Of a stretch of DNA of 64,000 bases, positions 1 to 12,829 are shown in pieces (position 1 is the first letter of the stretch; each line of letters opens with the position of its first letter). The position numbers and the translations under genes are program-made. Under the pieces are notes generated by a model. That model was not told the origin of the DNA and did no database searches. It saw only the letters and a program-made list of their open reading frames with translations. This DNA comes from Phoronis australis (Eukaryota; Animalia; Phoronida). The DNA is taken from contig NMRA01000669.1 in NCBI GenBank assembly GCA_002633005.1, positions 93,054-157,053 of the forward strand, in the 5' to 3' direction.

Positions 1-483
1 TTCGCATGAAACTTTCAAATGCTAAGCTTTATTCGCGGGGCTTAATGCGCGCTTAATGATTTGTTTTTAAATCTTCCAGTTTTGCGTGACGCCAATGAAC
101 TTTCCAGGTTACCAGAACAAAACAATCTTAAGGTGTTGAGGCGTCACACGGCAACAAAATATTGGCGTACGTAGAGCATGTTTTGAGTTAACTGAAGATT
201 TTTAAGATGCAAAACTCTTTGGAATCCGCAATTCGCTGTATGGTATCATGCACACAGCTAGTTAAAGGGAACGCACGGAACATGCTACGGGAAATTACGG
301 GCTTTTTCTAAAACAATTTTCAGATTTTGTCCGTGTTAACGTGCATGTTAAGGTTTATAAGTTGCACCTCGGTTCCAATTTTTTTTCAGAAACCACTGTT
401 TACGCCGATTGGCAGTACATGTGCTTCGAGCACCTTAAAATCCGTTAAATATGTATACTGAACACTGACATCAAAAATCACAC

Positions 484-2281
484 CTTGGCATCCAGATCGA
501 CATGTACAGTACAGGAAACAAATATCTCTTCTTCAGCTATGCGTTCCTCAAAAGAAATACTCTTATTGGGTGTCTTTTGCGAAAAGCGTTTGTCGAGAAT
601 GTTGCCTTTGTATAATTTTCCAATATTGGTCTTCAAGTTTTTTCAAACTCCTGAAACTTCAATGCATCCTGTGTTGTTCTTGTTTTTGTAATAAGGTCTC
701 ACATGTTTATTGTTTGGGCTGCATGCCTTGATGCAGCTGTGCTTTACAAGTCTTTTGTGTTTTCACCAGTTTGAAATTCCATTTGTTCGTCCCTCACGGG
801 TACAATGTCTGATTAATAAGGGCCAAAGGAGCATTTATCCCTGGGCGCTCTTCCATCAGAAAACCGACGTAACCTGTATGAAAGGTGGTCTTGAATTATG
901 AAAATTTATAGTATTAATTACAGAAAAGAGTGAATGTTCATTCCACGATGAGCTGACCCTCCAAAAAGTGACCTTCCTTAACACAAAACGTTGTACAATT
1001 TCACAATGGGATGGGACTCTACTCCGTGAATGGGCCCTGAACGAGGATATCAATATAAAGCAGGAAAAGAGCTGGAAGCCAACAGCAGCCCNCCCCCCCA
1101 AATATGAAATGGCATACGATTGCAATTCAGGTAATAAGCCGCAATTTTAATTAAAATGCGTCAATTTATGTCAACTACCTGGTATATAATTTCAAAATGG
1201 AACAAAAAGATAACAAACAACTCTAACACCCCTTGCCAGTTAGGTTTCCCCGGAGAAATGCAATGCCTTCTTGTACATGTATGTAAAATTGGAACAAACT
1301 TACACTTGAAAATCTGTTTCGTTGTCAATGTATTTTTCTCTTCTCCGCTGCCTCCGGTCCCTAGGACTATGCAGGCTCCCGGTTTAACCTAACTCCTTCA
1401 TATTATCCATGTGGAGAATTTCTCGCTTACACTGGTCATCGCTCTGGTTCCCTAAGCCCCAGACAACTGTTACGGTGGCATTCAACACCCCCTTTGTATT
1501 GATGTAGATCTGANATCTGAGCGCCCCCCCCCCCTTCGGTTTCAAGAGCCCTGAATGACGTGTTTGTAGTTCGACTCTTCATTGACGCACGGTGATTGTA
1601 CTTAATACATGCGCGCACCCGGGGGACTAGGGGGGCTCGAACGAGTCCCCCATTTGGCGAAGTGGGCAAAAATGTCCGCCTCAGAGAAACAAAAAGTCCG
1701 AGAAAACGAGACAAAAGTCCACTAAAATTCACAGTCCTGAGCGGGGCACATGTACCCCGTTCTTTTTAGTCCCCCGCGTTTTTTGTTAGCAAAAATGAAA
1801 AAAGCCAGAAATTCGAGCCCCCATATCAAAGGCTGTAATTGACACCTTATTAAAATCATTCTCAGCAATTATGTTGTGCTATCGTTAAAACGCACTAAAT
1901 CGGAAGAATAGTCCGGTCATAGTCGTATGCATGTGTTGATGGTGGGTTTGTTCCACTTTTTGTACAGCAACAGTTCCCAAAGAAATTTGGAATGCGCTAA
2001 CTTCACAGTTGTTACGAAATATTGGGTTCTAAAAAGACTCCTGTTCTTTTCGTCACCAGATCCTGCATAAACCTAACGTTTACTTTGATTGCATGACTTT
2101 GTATCGATTTCCACAGGCTTGGTATTTATTGCAACATGCTGTGTCTATAACCAAGGACAGTGGCGAAATGATAACAACTTGCCCGTAACCGGCAAATATT
2201 GCAGTTTTCTTAATAATGAACAGACAAACATTACGAAATAGTCCCAAATCTTACAATACCCGACGATATCTAGTTCGATCC
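484..2281 (-). pseudogene. Decayed exons with weak protein-kinase N-lobe-like motifs
   Basis: AG/GT-bounded segments 2281-2255, 2144-2057 (QHVAIN...VRFMQDL), 1036-973 (HPIVKLYNVLC) and 873-484 (YVGFLMEE...), with in-frame stops and frameshifts. No HRD or DFG motif was found. Confidence 0.3.
1608..1835 (-). mobile_element. Short non-autonomous TIR element, family B (CATGCGCGCACCC end), truncated
   Basis: Reverse-complement similarity to the copy at 11595-11871 (ORF-track peptides LFVSLRRTFLP appear in both). Confidence 0.7.
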
Positions 2282-3459
2282 CTGTGAAACAAGTTCGTGA
2301 AGTACTAATTGAACTTTCATAGTTGAAAGTTAAAATGTGAAATTCTCTATTCACTATTTGCACGAATTAGTCATTATGCTTGAGAACGAGGTGTGTCTAA
2401 ACTATAGTGGTTCTGCATGTTTGGAACACGCGCGCTTTCACGTTAACGTTAAAACTGATGCATAGTGTCCTTAACAACAGTGCACAACAATCATTTTATT
2501 TTTATAGCGACACCAAAGTGTGCAAGTAGTGAATAATTCCTTAAACAGTGTTAATCCGTTAACAGAGCTTTCGAAAATTAAGTGTAAATTCGCTTGAACC
2601 ATGCAGTGTCGTAGTCAATTTCAAATTCGAATAAGGGGCGCAGATAGAGTACAACTGTCACGTTTTCCAGGAAACACTAGATTTCATGCAAGGCAACATC
2701 ATCGATAGCGAACTCAATACAATACAATGCAAAACAATAAAGTAGCACGCAGAATAAAAACGCATGGTATTAATGACGTAAACGGAAAATGCTTCAGACA
2801 AATATGATTATAAAATGATGTTGAGGAGATAACATAAACGGCACTACGACCACAGTTTACCTAAATGTGTCTGATACATGTAAAAAGACACCGATTTCTT
2901 CACCACGTAAGGCCAAAAAGGATAAATTGGTTGTGGTCGGTATTGTTCTGTTTTTTGAAACCGATGCGGCGATATGGTTTTTTTAATTGTTTAATCTCCA
3001 AATATGATATGAACAAAATTGGTGCGTTTTTGTCGCGGATGGCACAACTTGTCTTTAGTCAATGGAAGCCAGTACGTGGGTGATTGTAGCCGACTAGTCG
3101 TTTGTATGCGCATGTGCGGGTTTTGAAAAAAATCGAGAAAATGTCTAAGAATGATGCTAAGTACATGGTAAGCAGAGAAGCACATGTTTACAAACACTGT
3201 GCATTTACTTCCACTGTAAAATTAACATTCCAAGTTCAAAGTCTGACTTCCTGGTATTGCACAAAAATAATGACGTCATTATCGTGAACCTTGGGATTGT
3301 TGGTTCATCTGTATAATACGGCGCAGTAATAGCACAGAGAGTAAAGAACCCAGCACTTTAACATCTGGTAAGTTAGTCGAACTTACGATGACACTTGAGT
3401 TAAAAACCTGAAATCAATTTCTTTCAACGGACTTAAATAAATTGAATTTTTTATCTTAA

Positions 3460-3676
3460 AATTGACTAAAAAGATCCCTGGTTTTCCTACATTCGAAATA
3501 TCATATCTGATAATTGACTAAAAAGATCCCTAGTTTTCCTATATTCGAAATATCATATCTGATAATTGACTAAAAAGATCCCTGGTTTTCCTATATTCGA
3601 AACATCATATCTGATAATTGACTAAAAGATCCCTGGTTTTCCTATATTCGAAACATCATATCTGATAATTGACTAA
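3460..3676. repeat. Minisatellite, 52-bp unit x ~4.2
   Basis: aattgactaaaaagatccctggttttcctatattcgaaatatcatatctgat; units start at 3460, 3512, 3564, 3616, 3667. Confidence 0.95.
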
Positions 3677-6357
3677 GCGGACCCATACTAACTTCCAGAT
3701 ACTATGTTTTCTGAATTAGTCTCTAAACATTTTTACATGTACAAATTGTTTCGAAAAATTTCACCTCTTCGTCAAAAACTAAGTACGTATATGATATTCA
3801 TAAAAACCATCAAAAATCGTATAAAATAAAAAAATGATTATTCATAAAACTGGAACAGCCTTTTTGAGATCATATTTTCAACATCTACACCTGTATATCA
3901 AATGAAATTTGATCATGCTACTGACAGCTTCATTTTTTAATTTAAATAAAAAGACATGGTCACGTGATCCACCAGGGCAGTCCCGAATTACAGAGAGACA
4001 TTCCAATGTCGTTGTATTTACCCAGTATTCTGCTATATCCGTCAAACACCTGTGTAGCCTCACAGCTTATTGTACTGTTTACAATTTTTCCCAGCTGCAC
4101 TAGTGTATACGTCCATGACAATTTTATTGAAAAAAATAAGAATAGATTATGTTTCGTGCGTTCTGGAATTAAGCGAGTGTTATACCTTCTAATAAACCTT
4201 AGGAACATTAACCGAAACACTATTGTAAAAGTATTCACCGAACCCTTTCTGCAGCTTGACTGTGTCCTCAAGGTACATGTACAGTACATGTACACGCAGT
4301 AATACGCAATCAAAAAACGCCCTTGTCGTAATATCACAGATTCGTACACGAATGAAACGTACAAATCTGAGGGGTTGTGCAGAAATGCAGTTGGTATTGC
4401 ATAAAACTATTCGCTGGATAAGTTGAAAATTAACCTCGGGATTCTTGTTGTTGAATATTGGAATAGATTTCTTGGAGTTATTAGCTTTAACTAGAGATAA
4501 AAAGACAACAAAATCTGATATGCTTCCAATTCTTGAGCATGCACAGAACGAAACTGAAACTGCGTTTTGGGGATTCCACCTTAAATACCTGTACATGTAC
4601 TTATAGTAAACACGGTTTGTCTATGCTGTCAATAGAGTTGTTTTGTTATGAATGTGCCTTTCTTTTTTGCCTATCTTCACCAAAAAGACACGGTTAAGTG
4701 GCCCAAATAAAAATATATAAGTATAAAGTCAAAAATCAAATTCGACATTCTTTCTGTTTTCAGAAAGAATATAGTTTTTCGTAAGTAAGTTCAATAATTT
4801 TGTTGATGTTTGGCTGAATTCACGGATTTCGTGATAAAGTGACTTGTTCAACAGCAGCAATGCAATGTGTGATTGCGATGGCGGTGTTGCTATCCCATGC
4901 CATAAATGGTAGGCAATCGAGTCCTATTTTCTTGGAAATCTTACAATTAATAAACATGACGGCATTCGTCTTCGCCGCGCAACGTAAAGCTTAATATGTT
5001 TTCATAAGCTGCGTTCGATCCGAATATCGTGCAATACGTTGCCCGTCATTACCGTGTTACTTTCGTATCAAAACTGAACAACAACATAGCATATTTCTAT
5101 GAAATTGACATGAGCACTGCATGTACATCAAGCATAATTTTAGTTTCACAAACGAATTTATTTTCATTTCAGGAAACAAGTTGACTGTTATTGTGAGGCG
5201 AGCTACAACGAGCATGTTACCCTCGACGTGAAGGTACATCCTACAATGTACCAAGGTTTTGAAATACACACGTCTACTTTTAGACGAATGTACGTTAATT
5301 GTGTTTGACTTCTGTTTTGTAGTCTTGGTCCTAAGTTCACCTGCATCTTCAGTTCATGATCTCCAGTTTAATGTGACATTGAAAAACATTGAGACAGTTA
5401 AAATATTGTACACGTACTATATTGTGATTTTCTCAACGTGTCATTAACTTCTCTTCAACTACGCACTGCAGTGATTTAAACAGGAAATCAACAGCACTAT
5501 TATAGCAGTTCCATTATAACGTTAATCTTTTATCACACATAACTCAAAATTGATCATACAAAATATATAAAATATTGCTTTAGGGAAATCAACATTAGAA
5601 TCCATAGAACATTTCCTATGACTTACTTTCGGAATGTAATATAAATCATCACTGAATCCTAGATAATGTATTTAGGACTTATTGATCGTCCTTTGCGACA
5701 TGCAGCAGTTTTACTCCTATTTTTGAAAGCGTCGACGAGTTAAATCTCTGAAAGACTCCTCGTGGGGATACAGTTCAACTGAAAAATAATCAAACGCATT
5801 CAGCTTTGTTTGTTAGGATAAATCTCTTTTAAATATCATAAAAATATGAAATGTAATTAATAATCAACCCATTAACTAATTTAGGCTCAGCGTTATTCTA
5901 AAATTATTGACATAATAACGTAACTTGAACGACTATTCAGGCCAATGCAGAGAAAAAGATGTGCGTTCACGATCGCTTTTTTGCGTTCACGATCGCCATA
6001 TAGAATTAACGACTTTGCTCCCGATCGCCGTCTCACACAAGGACCTGCTTGTATTGGTAAATATCTTGAATTGTTTCACAAATCATAACTAACAAAGGTG
6101 TCACCTGGGACGAATAAACTATAAACGTCACACTTCTCTACTTAAGAATCCTAATAACAAGTAGAAAATGTCAATTTTACGAGGCGCAAGGCATTTTACC
6201 GAAAGCCATTGCTTTCTAAGCTCTTTATTTCAAAAAGTAAGCAAAAGCCCAGTATTATTTCAGATCCACAACAAAGGCTACACTCTGACGCTTTTCTGTA
6301 TTTAGCCTTCATACCACAGTAGCCTCTATTTAAGCAGAAAATGACACTTAAACTCAC

Positions 6358-6667
6358 CGGGTACGTCACTGTCGTCTGCCATTTTTGGTGGAATCTCGCA
6401 CTCGATCGCCTTCCTGGCGTTCTCGACCGCGGTGTGCATGTAGTTGTTGTAATCGCTGGTGTCCTCTTTTATGTCGACTCTCAGCACTTTCGTGATATGC
6501 ACCCATGACTCTTAGGTTGAACTGTAATTCACTGTCGTGATCTTCACACAACTGCTTAAGTTCCTTACTTTCTTGTCTAAGTTCCATATTTTCTTGTTTA
6601 AGTTCCATATTTTCTTGCCTAAGTTCCATATTTTCTTGCTCTGTCTTGTGTGACTGTCCTACCAGTT
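6358..6667 (-). pseudogene. Coiled-coil gene exon D with 21-bp (QENMEL[R/K]) repeats and an apparent frameshift
   Basis: tttcag acceptor in phase 1, gtgagt donor at 6357. The entry frame stops at 6366, while the alternative frame (ITKVLRVDIKED...DDSDVP) is open to the donor. The 310-nt exon is 2 nt short of a symmetric phase 1-1 exon. Confidence 0.5.
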
Positions 6668-8061
6668 CTGAAAGTGAATAAGTCACCTTCAATTAGGCTA
6701 CCTTTAGCTTAATAAAAGTATTCTTATAGGCGTAAAGTTAAAACTGTTTATGTGAGGAAGATGACACTGTCTTTGCATCGGTTCTCACAATCTACACTTA
6801 GTTATAATAAAGTGCAAAGCTGTTCGGGAACTGTCTCTGAATTATACATGTATGACCAGCCAGAATTTGAAAGGAGAACGATCTTTAAGCATCTTCGGTC
6901 CAGTGAGACAGTCCGACATGTTGACCACACCGCAACCTCATGAAATCCTAGGAATCAATGCATCAACAGATTCAGCTTGAACCAGCTTATCCCATCCTTA
7001 CTATCCCAATCAAAGAAAAAAAAAACGCCGTCTGCACGCCGTTGTCAAATTGGCTACGTGGACATTAAGTTTTACTCGAAAATTCTAAAATTTTTCACCC
7101 TCTTACGACACCCTGGATCCGATAATGCTATGTACGGACATACATGTATTGGTTCCTAATTATAGAGAACATGTTCCTTTGCTTAGGTTGCACCACAACG
7201 GAGGTTGTTTGAGATAAAGTCAAGCATTTTAAAAACCACGTAACTGAAGTTCGACCTTGCCAAGATAAGAACAATCCCAAGCGAACATTTGAAGGCACAG
7301 AATATTTGATGTGTTTTGGATGTTCACTTCGTCTAGATTGGCCTACTGTATGGTTATATTTCAGGGTTAGCTACGAAGTTACCCACTAAGTGAGTTGAAG
7401 TGTTCCGATACCGGCGTTATCGTTTTCTTAAGCGCATTGCATATGCTCGCCGACCTGTTTGTATTTGTTTAGCTATAGACAGGACCCCACCTGTCTTCCT
7501 TCGAGTCGTCGTGGGTGCTTTGGGTTGATTTTGGTGTTGCCATTGTCGTTAAAAGTAAAAGCGTTCCCTTCAAGATTCGAACTGTCGATTTAGATTAAGA
7601 CCTGCACGTAGAATGACAAGTCATCTTGTAGCAATAGCGAACCGTCACTTCTTTCGAAGCTTAAGTTACCTCAAATTTTGTTAAGGAACACTTTGACTTA
7701 AAGATGGGAACGATAAACAGCAAGGAAGAGGTTGTGACGAGAAGCTAGGGTGGACATTCTTTTTTCAGAGTGGAATCTCAGACAGCGTTAAAGAATGTCA
7801 TTCTCATGTAGTGTGTCAAACGAGAAGATTTCATCCACTGAAACTAATCCTTCTAATGACACAAAAATAAGTGAATGGATTAGCTATTTTCCATTTCTCC
7901 GTGGATTTTCCATTATGTGTCCATATTTCCCTTAGGTGGTCTATAATCACACTTTTCAACGTGTGGGGATCGTTATTGTCAGTATTTCTGTTGGCTACAG
8001 AATTTGAACAAAACAACCTCCACTGTCAAACGTAAATGTGGCTTCTGCCATGTCGACGTAC

Positions 8062-8164
8062 CTGCAATTTGTTTTTCATATTCTTCCAATTGTCCATAGA
8101 GAGATCGTATATCTTCCTCCGATTTCTGCAGCCAAGCTGCGTAATCTACATGTATCTCGTTGAC
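8062..8164 (-). CDS. Coiled-coil gene exon C (VNEIHVDYAAWLQKSEEDIRSLYGQLEEYEKQIA)
   Basis: ttttttaaag acceptor, gtacgt donor, 103 nt, phase 0-1, consistent with both neighbours. Confidence 0.62.
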
Positions 8165-9621
8165 CTTTAAAAAATAATAGGCTACATGAGGCCAAAAAAG
8201 TAAAGTTGGTGGGGTTTATCGCGACTCATTTTGAGACCTGCTCTCACCAACTAAAAAAATCCCCGCCCGTCCTCATCAATGTCGGTCTCGTGCTTTTGTT
8301 TTGCAAAGCTGAGCAGAACCAGATAAGCAAGGTTTGAAACCCATTGCTTGACCTGCCAAGTTCAGAGTAAATTAAGACAAACAAAAGAACTAGAAAAGGA
8401 CCATCTATGACTTTTTGACCTGACAGGGTCCCTGTTTACAAAATGGCCCATGCATGATTCACAAAATTTGTCAAATAATAGTTTAAAAATTGTTACAGCA
8501 TTAGCTTGTAAAAGTCCACTATCCTTTCTAGAACCAGTGACGTGAGGTGAAGTCACTTTAGAGCGGCTAATTGGTTTCTCAATTTTGGCGTAAATTTTGT
8601 TCACATAACACGTGAACATGTTTACGTATTCAGAAACCAATTATAATGTATTAATTATCTATCATCGTTCCACCTCCTTAAATGCGTTTTGATCAGTTTG
8701 ACATACGCGTATTTCACTAGTACCATAAAAAGGTTCTATTAGTCGATTTCTATTAAAACAAATTCGTAGAACATTCCGCAAACGAATGTGATGCAAAGAG
8801 AAAGCTCAACTATTCTCATAGCAATATGATGTGTTCTCCACCCTTTCTTGCAATCTGATAATTGTTCAATTGCAGAGACGCCCTGAACAATTTGCAGCCC
8901 AACGACAAAACAATTGAGCACTTGACTTAAACGATGACGCGAAAACCCAGTATTAGTAAAACTAACACAACATCGATTCATACTAAGCGTTCAGCTGCAT
9001 AACTAGGCCAAAATAACCAAACAACGTATTTATAGTATAGCTAAAGTTGTCCGGACACGAGTACTTAGCTGAAAAGTGTCCAGTTTAAAACTGAAACACA
9101 TGAAAAAGACCAGACTGTTATCTATCTGTCTGGGCAGAAATGTTCATTGGCAGAGAAACTGAAGACTATTTCAATGAAGTAACTCTTCAGCTTCATGCAA
9201 ACGTAAACAAATTTGGGAAAGACAGGGAGACTTTAACATGATCCGAAAATTGTTCTTTGGAGAGAACTGAGCTCAGAACAGCTGAGTACACTTAACGAGC
9301 ACGGGCCATGAACAACCAATTTTGCATAAATACTGAATCAAAACAAATAATGGTAAACAGGTGAACAATAGTCATTTACAGGGGTCCCGCACTTTTAACC
9401 AAAAGGACATAATCTGCTTTACGACCGAGAAACACAGCTTTGGGATCATTTTTGGATGAGATGTAGTCTTCTTACAGTTGTTAGCTTTGACCAGAGTTAT
9501 GAGACAACGTCAGTTATGTTTTGTGAATTCTCGCCCTTGTCTGCCAGACAATCTCTGAAATCAAAGTCAGTAGCATGAAGAGTTAAACAACGCTTTCATA
9601 CTCTGCCAACTGTTGAACTCC

Positions 9622-9880
9622 GCCAGCAAGGCGTTGAAATGCAATCGCCCAGGTTGAGTTCGATTCCGAGTCAGGATGATCTGGAAAAACTTTTCTCGTC
9701 TATAGTATTATGTTAACACAGCGTGAATAACGTCAACTACGTTGAAGAGCGAGACCTGAAGCAGTGGTCGCACGCGTGGTATAGCTCTCAACAAGTAGGA
9801 CGGTCCCTCCAAAATCGAAGCAGTTGAAAACTACACCTGCATGCATTGAGACAGGGGCAACGTTGCTCTCCCGAGGTCCA
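9622..9880 (+). mobile_element. Degenerate tRNA-derived SINE-like element
   Basis: B-box-like gagttcgattcc near 9656; the gcagttgaaa...cacctgc segment recurs at ~26677-26700. Confidence 0.35.
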
Positions 9881-10393
9881 TATGTAAGTAGCTTACCTCA
9901 GAGATCGATCCATATTTGTACTATATGGCGGGCCACTGGTGCTTTTCCAATGATTTTTGTTCCTTATTAGAATAGCATGTTCTACTGCTAATGGTTCGCA
10001 TCATCTGCTCGTTTTGCTTTCCTGGTCATAGGTTATTCCGGCTTGCAGTTTGTCGGGTCCTTGACGTCACTACCGAGTCCTCTGCAGGGTTGAATGTAAA
10101 GGGATATTGCCCAACCGGGCAACATCACCTCATACATGAAGTCATTGTACCGCGTTTTAGCCAATCATACGGCATGTGTCCTGATATAAACCTCGACATC
10201 GGACCAATCTCCACAAACAGTCCTTTTGCCGAAAAATATCAAAAAACCATGATGGACATGCCAAGAAGTCTTCAGGTTGACGTGGATAGACTGCTTCTAC
10301 TTCAGGTTCAAAACAGGTCAAATTGAACTAGCAACTGGTGGACTACTCTTTTGACACGAACTTAAAAGACTGGAACATATATATAAACATCCA

Positions 10394-10624
10394 CATGCGC
10401 GCATCCTGCCTTCAATATGGGGGGCTCGAATTTCTGACGATGTGGACCTTTTTCTGATAAAAAAGCGAGAGGACTAAAAAAGAAAAAAAACTGGATACCA
10501 CCTTCAGAACTGTAAACTGTGCGTTTGCGGCCCTTTTTTAGTGGACCTTAGTCTCGTTTTCTGGGATTTTTTTCTCTGTGGCGGACCTTTNAAAAAAATC
10601 CCGAACTCGTAGCGCACTCTCATG
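10394..10624 (+). mobile_element. Family B short TIR element, degenerate copy
   Basis: Starts catgcgcgcatcc...gggggctcgaattt; internal similarity to 11595-11871. Confidence 0.6.
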
Positions 10625-11282
10625 TCAAGGGATATGGTTATTTTCCTGCAGTTGGCGGTCTGCTGAACCTTGTCGACAAGCATGTGTATTCAACAAAATA
10701 TCTACAAAACAACACATTTTCTTCGGAAAGTAGAAAGCAAGACTTTACTTTTTGTCTTTATGCCATTAATTGGGTCACGTTACCATTTAAGAAAAATTTA
10801 GCAAAAATGTTCGTTCGTATAATTTGCTATGAACGCTCAAGAAGATATCACACAAACAATGTTACGTATTCTTAAATTAATTATAATTTCGTTACCATTT
10901 ATGCAACGATTGACCTATTTTCTTGAAAAATACGAAGATCCTATTTTAAGCTCCTCACACAACTTGGAACATTGTTTTGAATATCCTCAGTGTATGAAGC
11001 TTGTCATCTGAAAGTTTAGTATTGTGAGATATATCCAGAGTTAGCCAGTCAATATCTGCGGTCCCAAATTACGGTGGCAGGGCACCGGTGATCTACACTT
11101 TAGTAACAATAGTGGTACATTTAATCTACACAACTAGTGCAAATTTGACCATAATCCTAAATGCCTAAAGGAATCTTGTAAAATATTAATTGGTCCCTTA
11201 TACACGTGATTGATTAAGATCTACAGATACAACGTAGCATAGAATCCAAACTATAAGCCAGCAGCCGTGAAGTGTAAATTAC

Positions 11283-11441
11283 CTGAAATTCGTTCCCCAG
11301 CTCACACTCTTCGCGTCTTATGTCTAGAGTAGAATTGAAACTGCTTACGTTAAGCATATCTTTCAGTTTCTTCTTTAGCTCTCTATATGTCTCAACCTCA
11401 CTCTCCAACGTTCCGACCTGTTCCTCAAGTTCAAATATTTT
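11283..11441 (-). CDS. Coiled-coil gene exon B (KIFELEEQVGTLESEVETYRELKKKLKDML...NEFQ)
   Basis: tttcag acceptor, gtaatt donor, 159 nt open, phase 0-0, E/K/L-rich. Confidence 0.65.
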
Positions 11442-11594
11442 CTGAAACAGATAGGTCGACGTCTTACGCCAGTGACGCTGTAAAGTGTGAATGAAATTAT
11501 CACCCTAAAATCCATATGAATCCTGCACTGGCAGGCGTGACACGTAACACAGTTTGATTGTGCAAATGGTGTAAAATCAACGTGAATCTGGTGT

Positions 11595-11871
11595 CATGCG
11601 CGCACCCAGCCTAAAACATAAGGGGGATCGAATTTTTCGTTATGCGGATCTTTTACTGAAAAAAATCAACAAAGGACTAACATCAAAAAGGGAGTCACTA
11701 GGCTCAGGTCTGCGAATTGTGCACCCGCGCCGACTTCCTGTGGACTTTGTGGACGTTTGTCTCGTGTACTCGAACTTTTTGTTTCACTGAGGCGGACCTT
11801 TTTGCCCAATTCGCCAAATTGGGGGGCTCGTTCTAGCCCCCGAGCCCCCCCCCCCTCCGGGTGCGCACATG
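11595..11871 (+). mobile_element. Family B MITE-like element with TIRs and a 5-bp TSD (GGTGT)
   Basis: catgcgcgcaccc ... gggtgcgcacatg; ggtgt at 11590-11594 and 11872-11876. Confidence 0.85.
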
Positions 11872-12682
11872 GGTGTTGCTGCGAGCAGAAGTCAGATANC
11901 CCCCCCCCCCCCCCCCGGGGTGCGCCCATGGGTGTTGCTGCGAGCAGAAGTCAGATACATGCAGTTTGGTACACTGATTGACTGTTACACGATCAACAAG
12001 AGTTCCAGAATGTGGGTCGACCACGAGGGCGTACCCTGAAGTTTCTGACAACGGTCACTTACAGGAGTCCCAGATTTTGAGAAACATTTGTCGGTCGTTG
12101 ATCAGGGGAGAAAATTGTTATTCACAATGCACGGTGACTGTTATCGACATTTTCATGGCGATGGACTGGTCTTCGTAAATAATGAACACCTAATGTGGGT
12201 TTGAACGGGAGGTACTGAGATATTTCAGGAGGCATTGGCGAGGTGTTCCCTTTAGAAATAATGATGTAGTCATCTTTTTAGAAAGTAGTCAGATACTCAA
12301 GTCCATGCCAAGGTTTAGCACAATTATAAGGGATGTGTGAACAAATCACCTGTTGACAATTGTCTTCCTCATGATGATGGTGTTGTAGGAGATGAAACGT
12401 TTTTTACCGTTGTACAATGCTTAATGATATTGAATAAGCAGCCCTTTGTAATGGGGACCTTTCCACGAATAATAAATCCAACTAAAAATGAGCTTCTGTT
12501 TGACCTTTTGTAGTAAAGAGAAGTTAAGGTTTTCGGGTGTAATCAGACCATGAATAAACCAATCCATCTGAGCGCCATTACCAGCATACACCTTGAATAT
12601 ACCCGGCTGATAAAAGGTACGCAGTGTGTACCAAAACGGCATCACTGTCGAATTCCTTACAGCAGCGATGTAAACCGTTCAC

Positions 12683-12829
12683 CTGCTTCAACGCCGCAGT
12701 TTCTTTGTCGCAGCAGTCCCGTCGTGATGATTCGGTCAAATCGTCCGAAGTAGAGCTCGGGATCGGTACGTCATTGCTGTTTGTATTAATGTAATCCATT
12801 CGAATTTCATCGTCCGGGTTTGCAGACAT
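12683..12829 (-). CDS. Coiled-coil gene exon A (MSANPDDEIR...DKETAALKQ)
   Basis: ttccag acceptor (exon starts 12850), ATG 12829, CAG|gtgaac donor in phase 0; joins exon B into a continuous heptad pattern ETAALKQ-KIFELEEQVGTLESEV. Confidence 0.55.

Noticed and set aside
11845-11958. Tandem duplication of the MITE end plus flank
   Set aside because: The two copies are separated by a single N next to a poly-C run, so this is most likely an assembly overlap artefact.
11960-12570. Stop-poor minus-strand frame inside the first intron of the coiled-coil gene
   Set aside because: It has several stops, no recognisable domain and no consistent splice sites.
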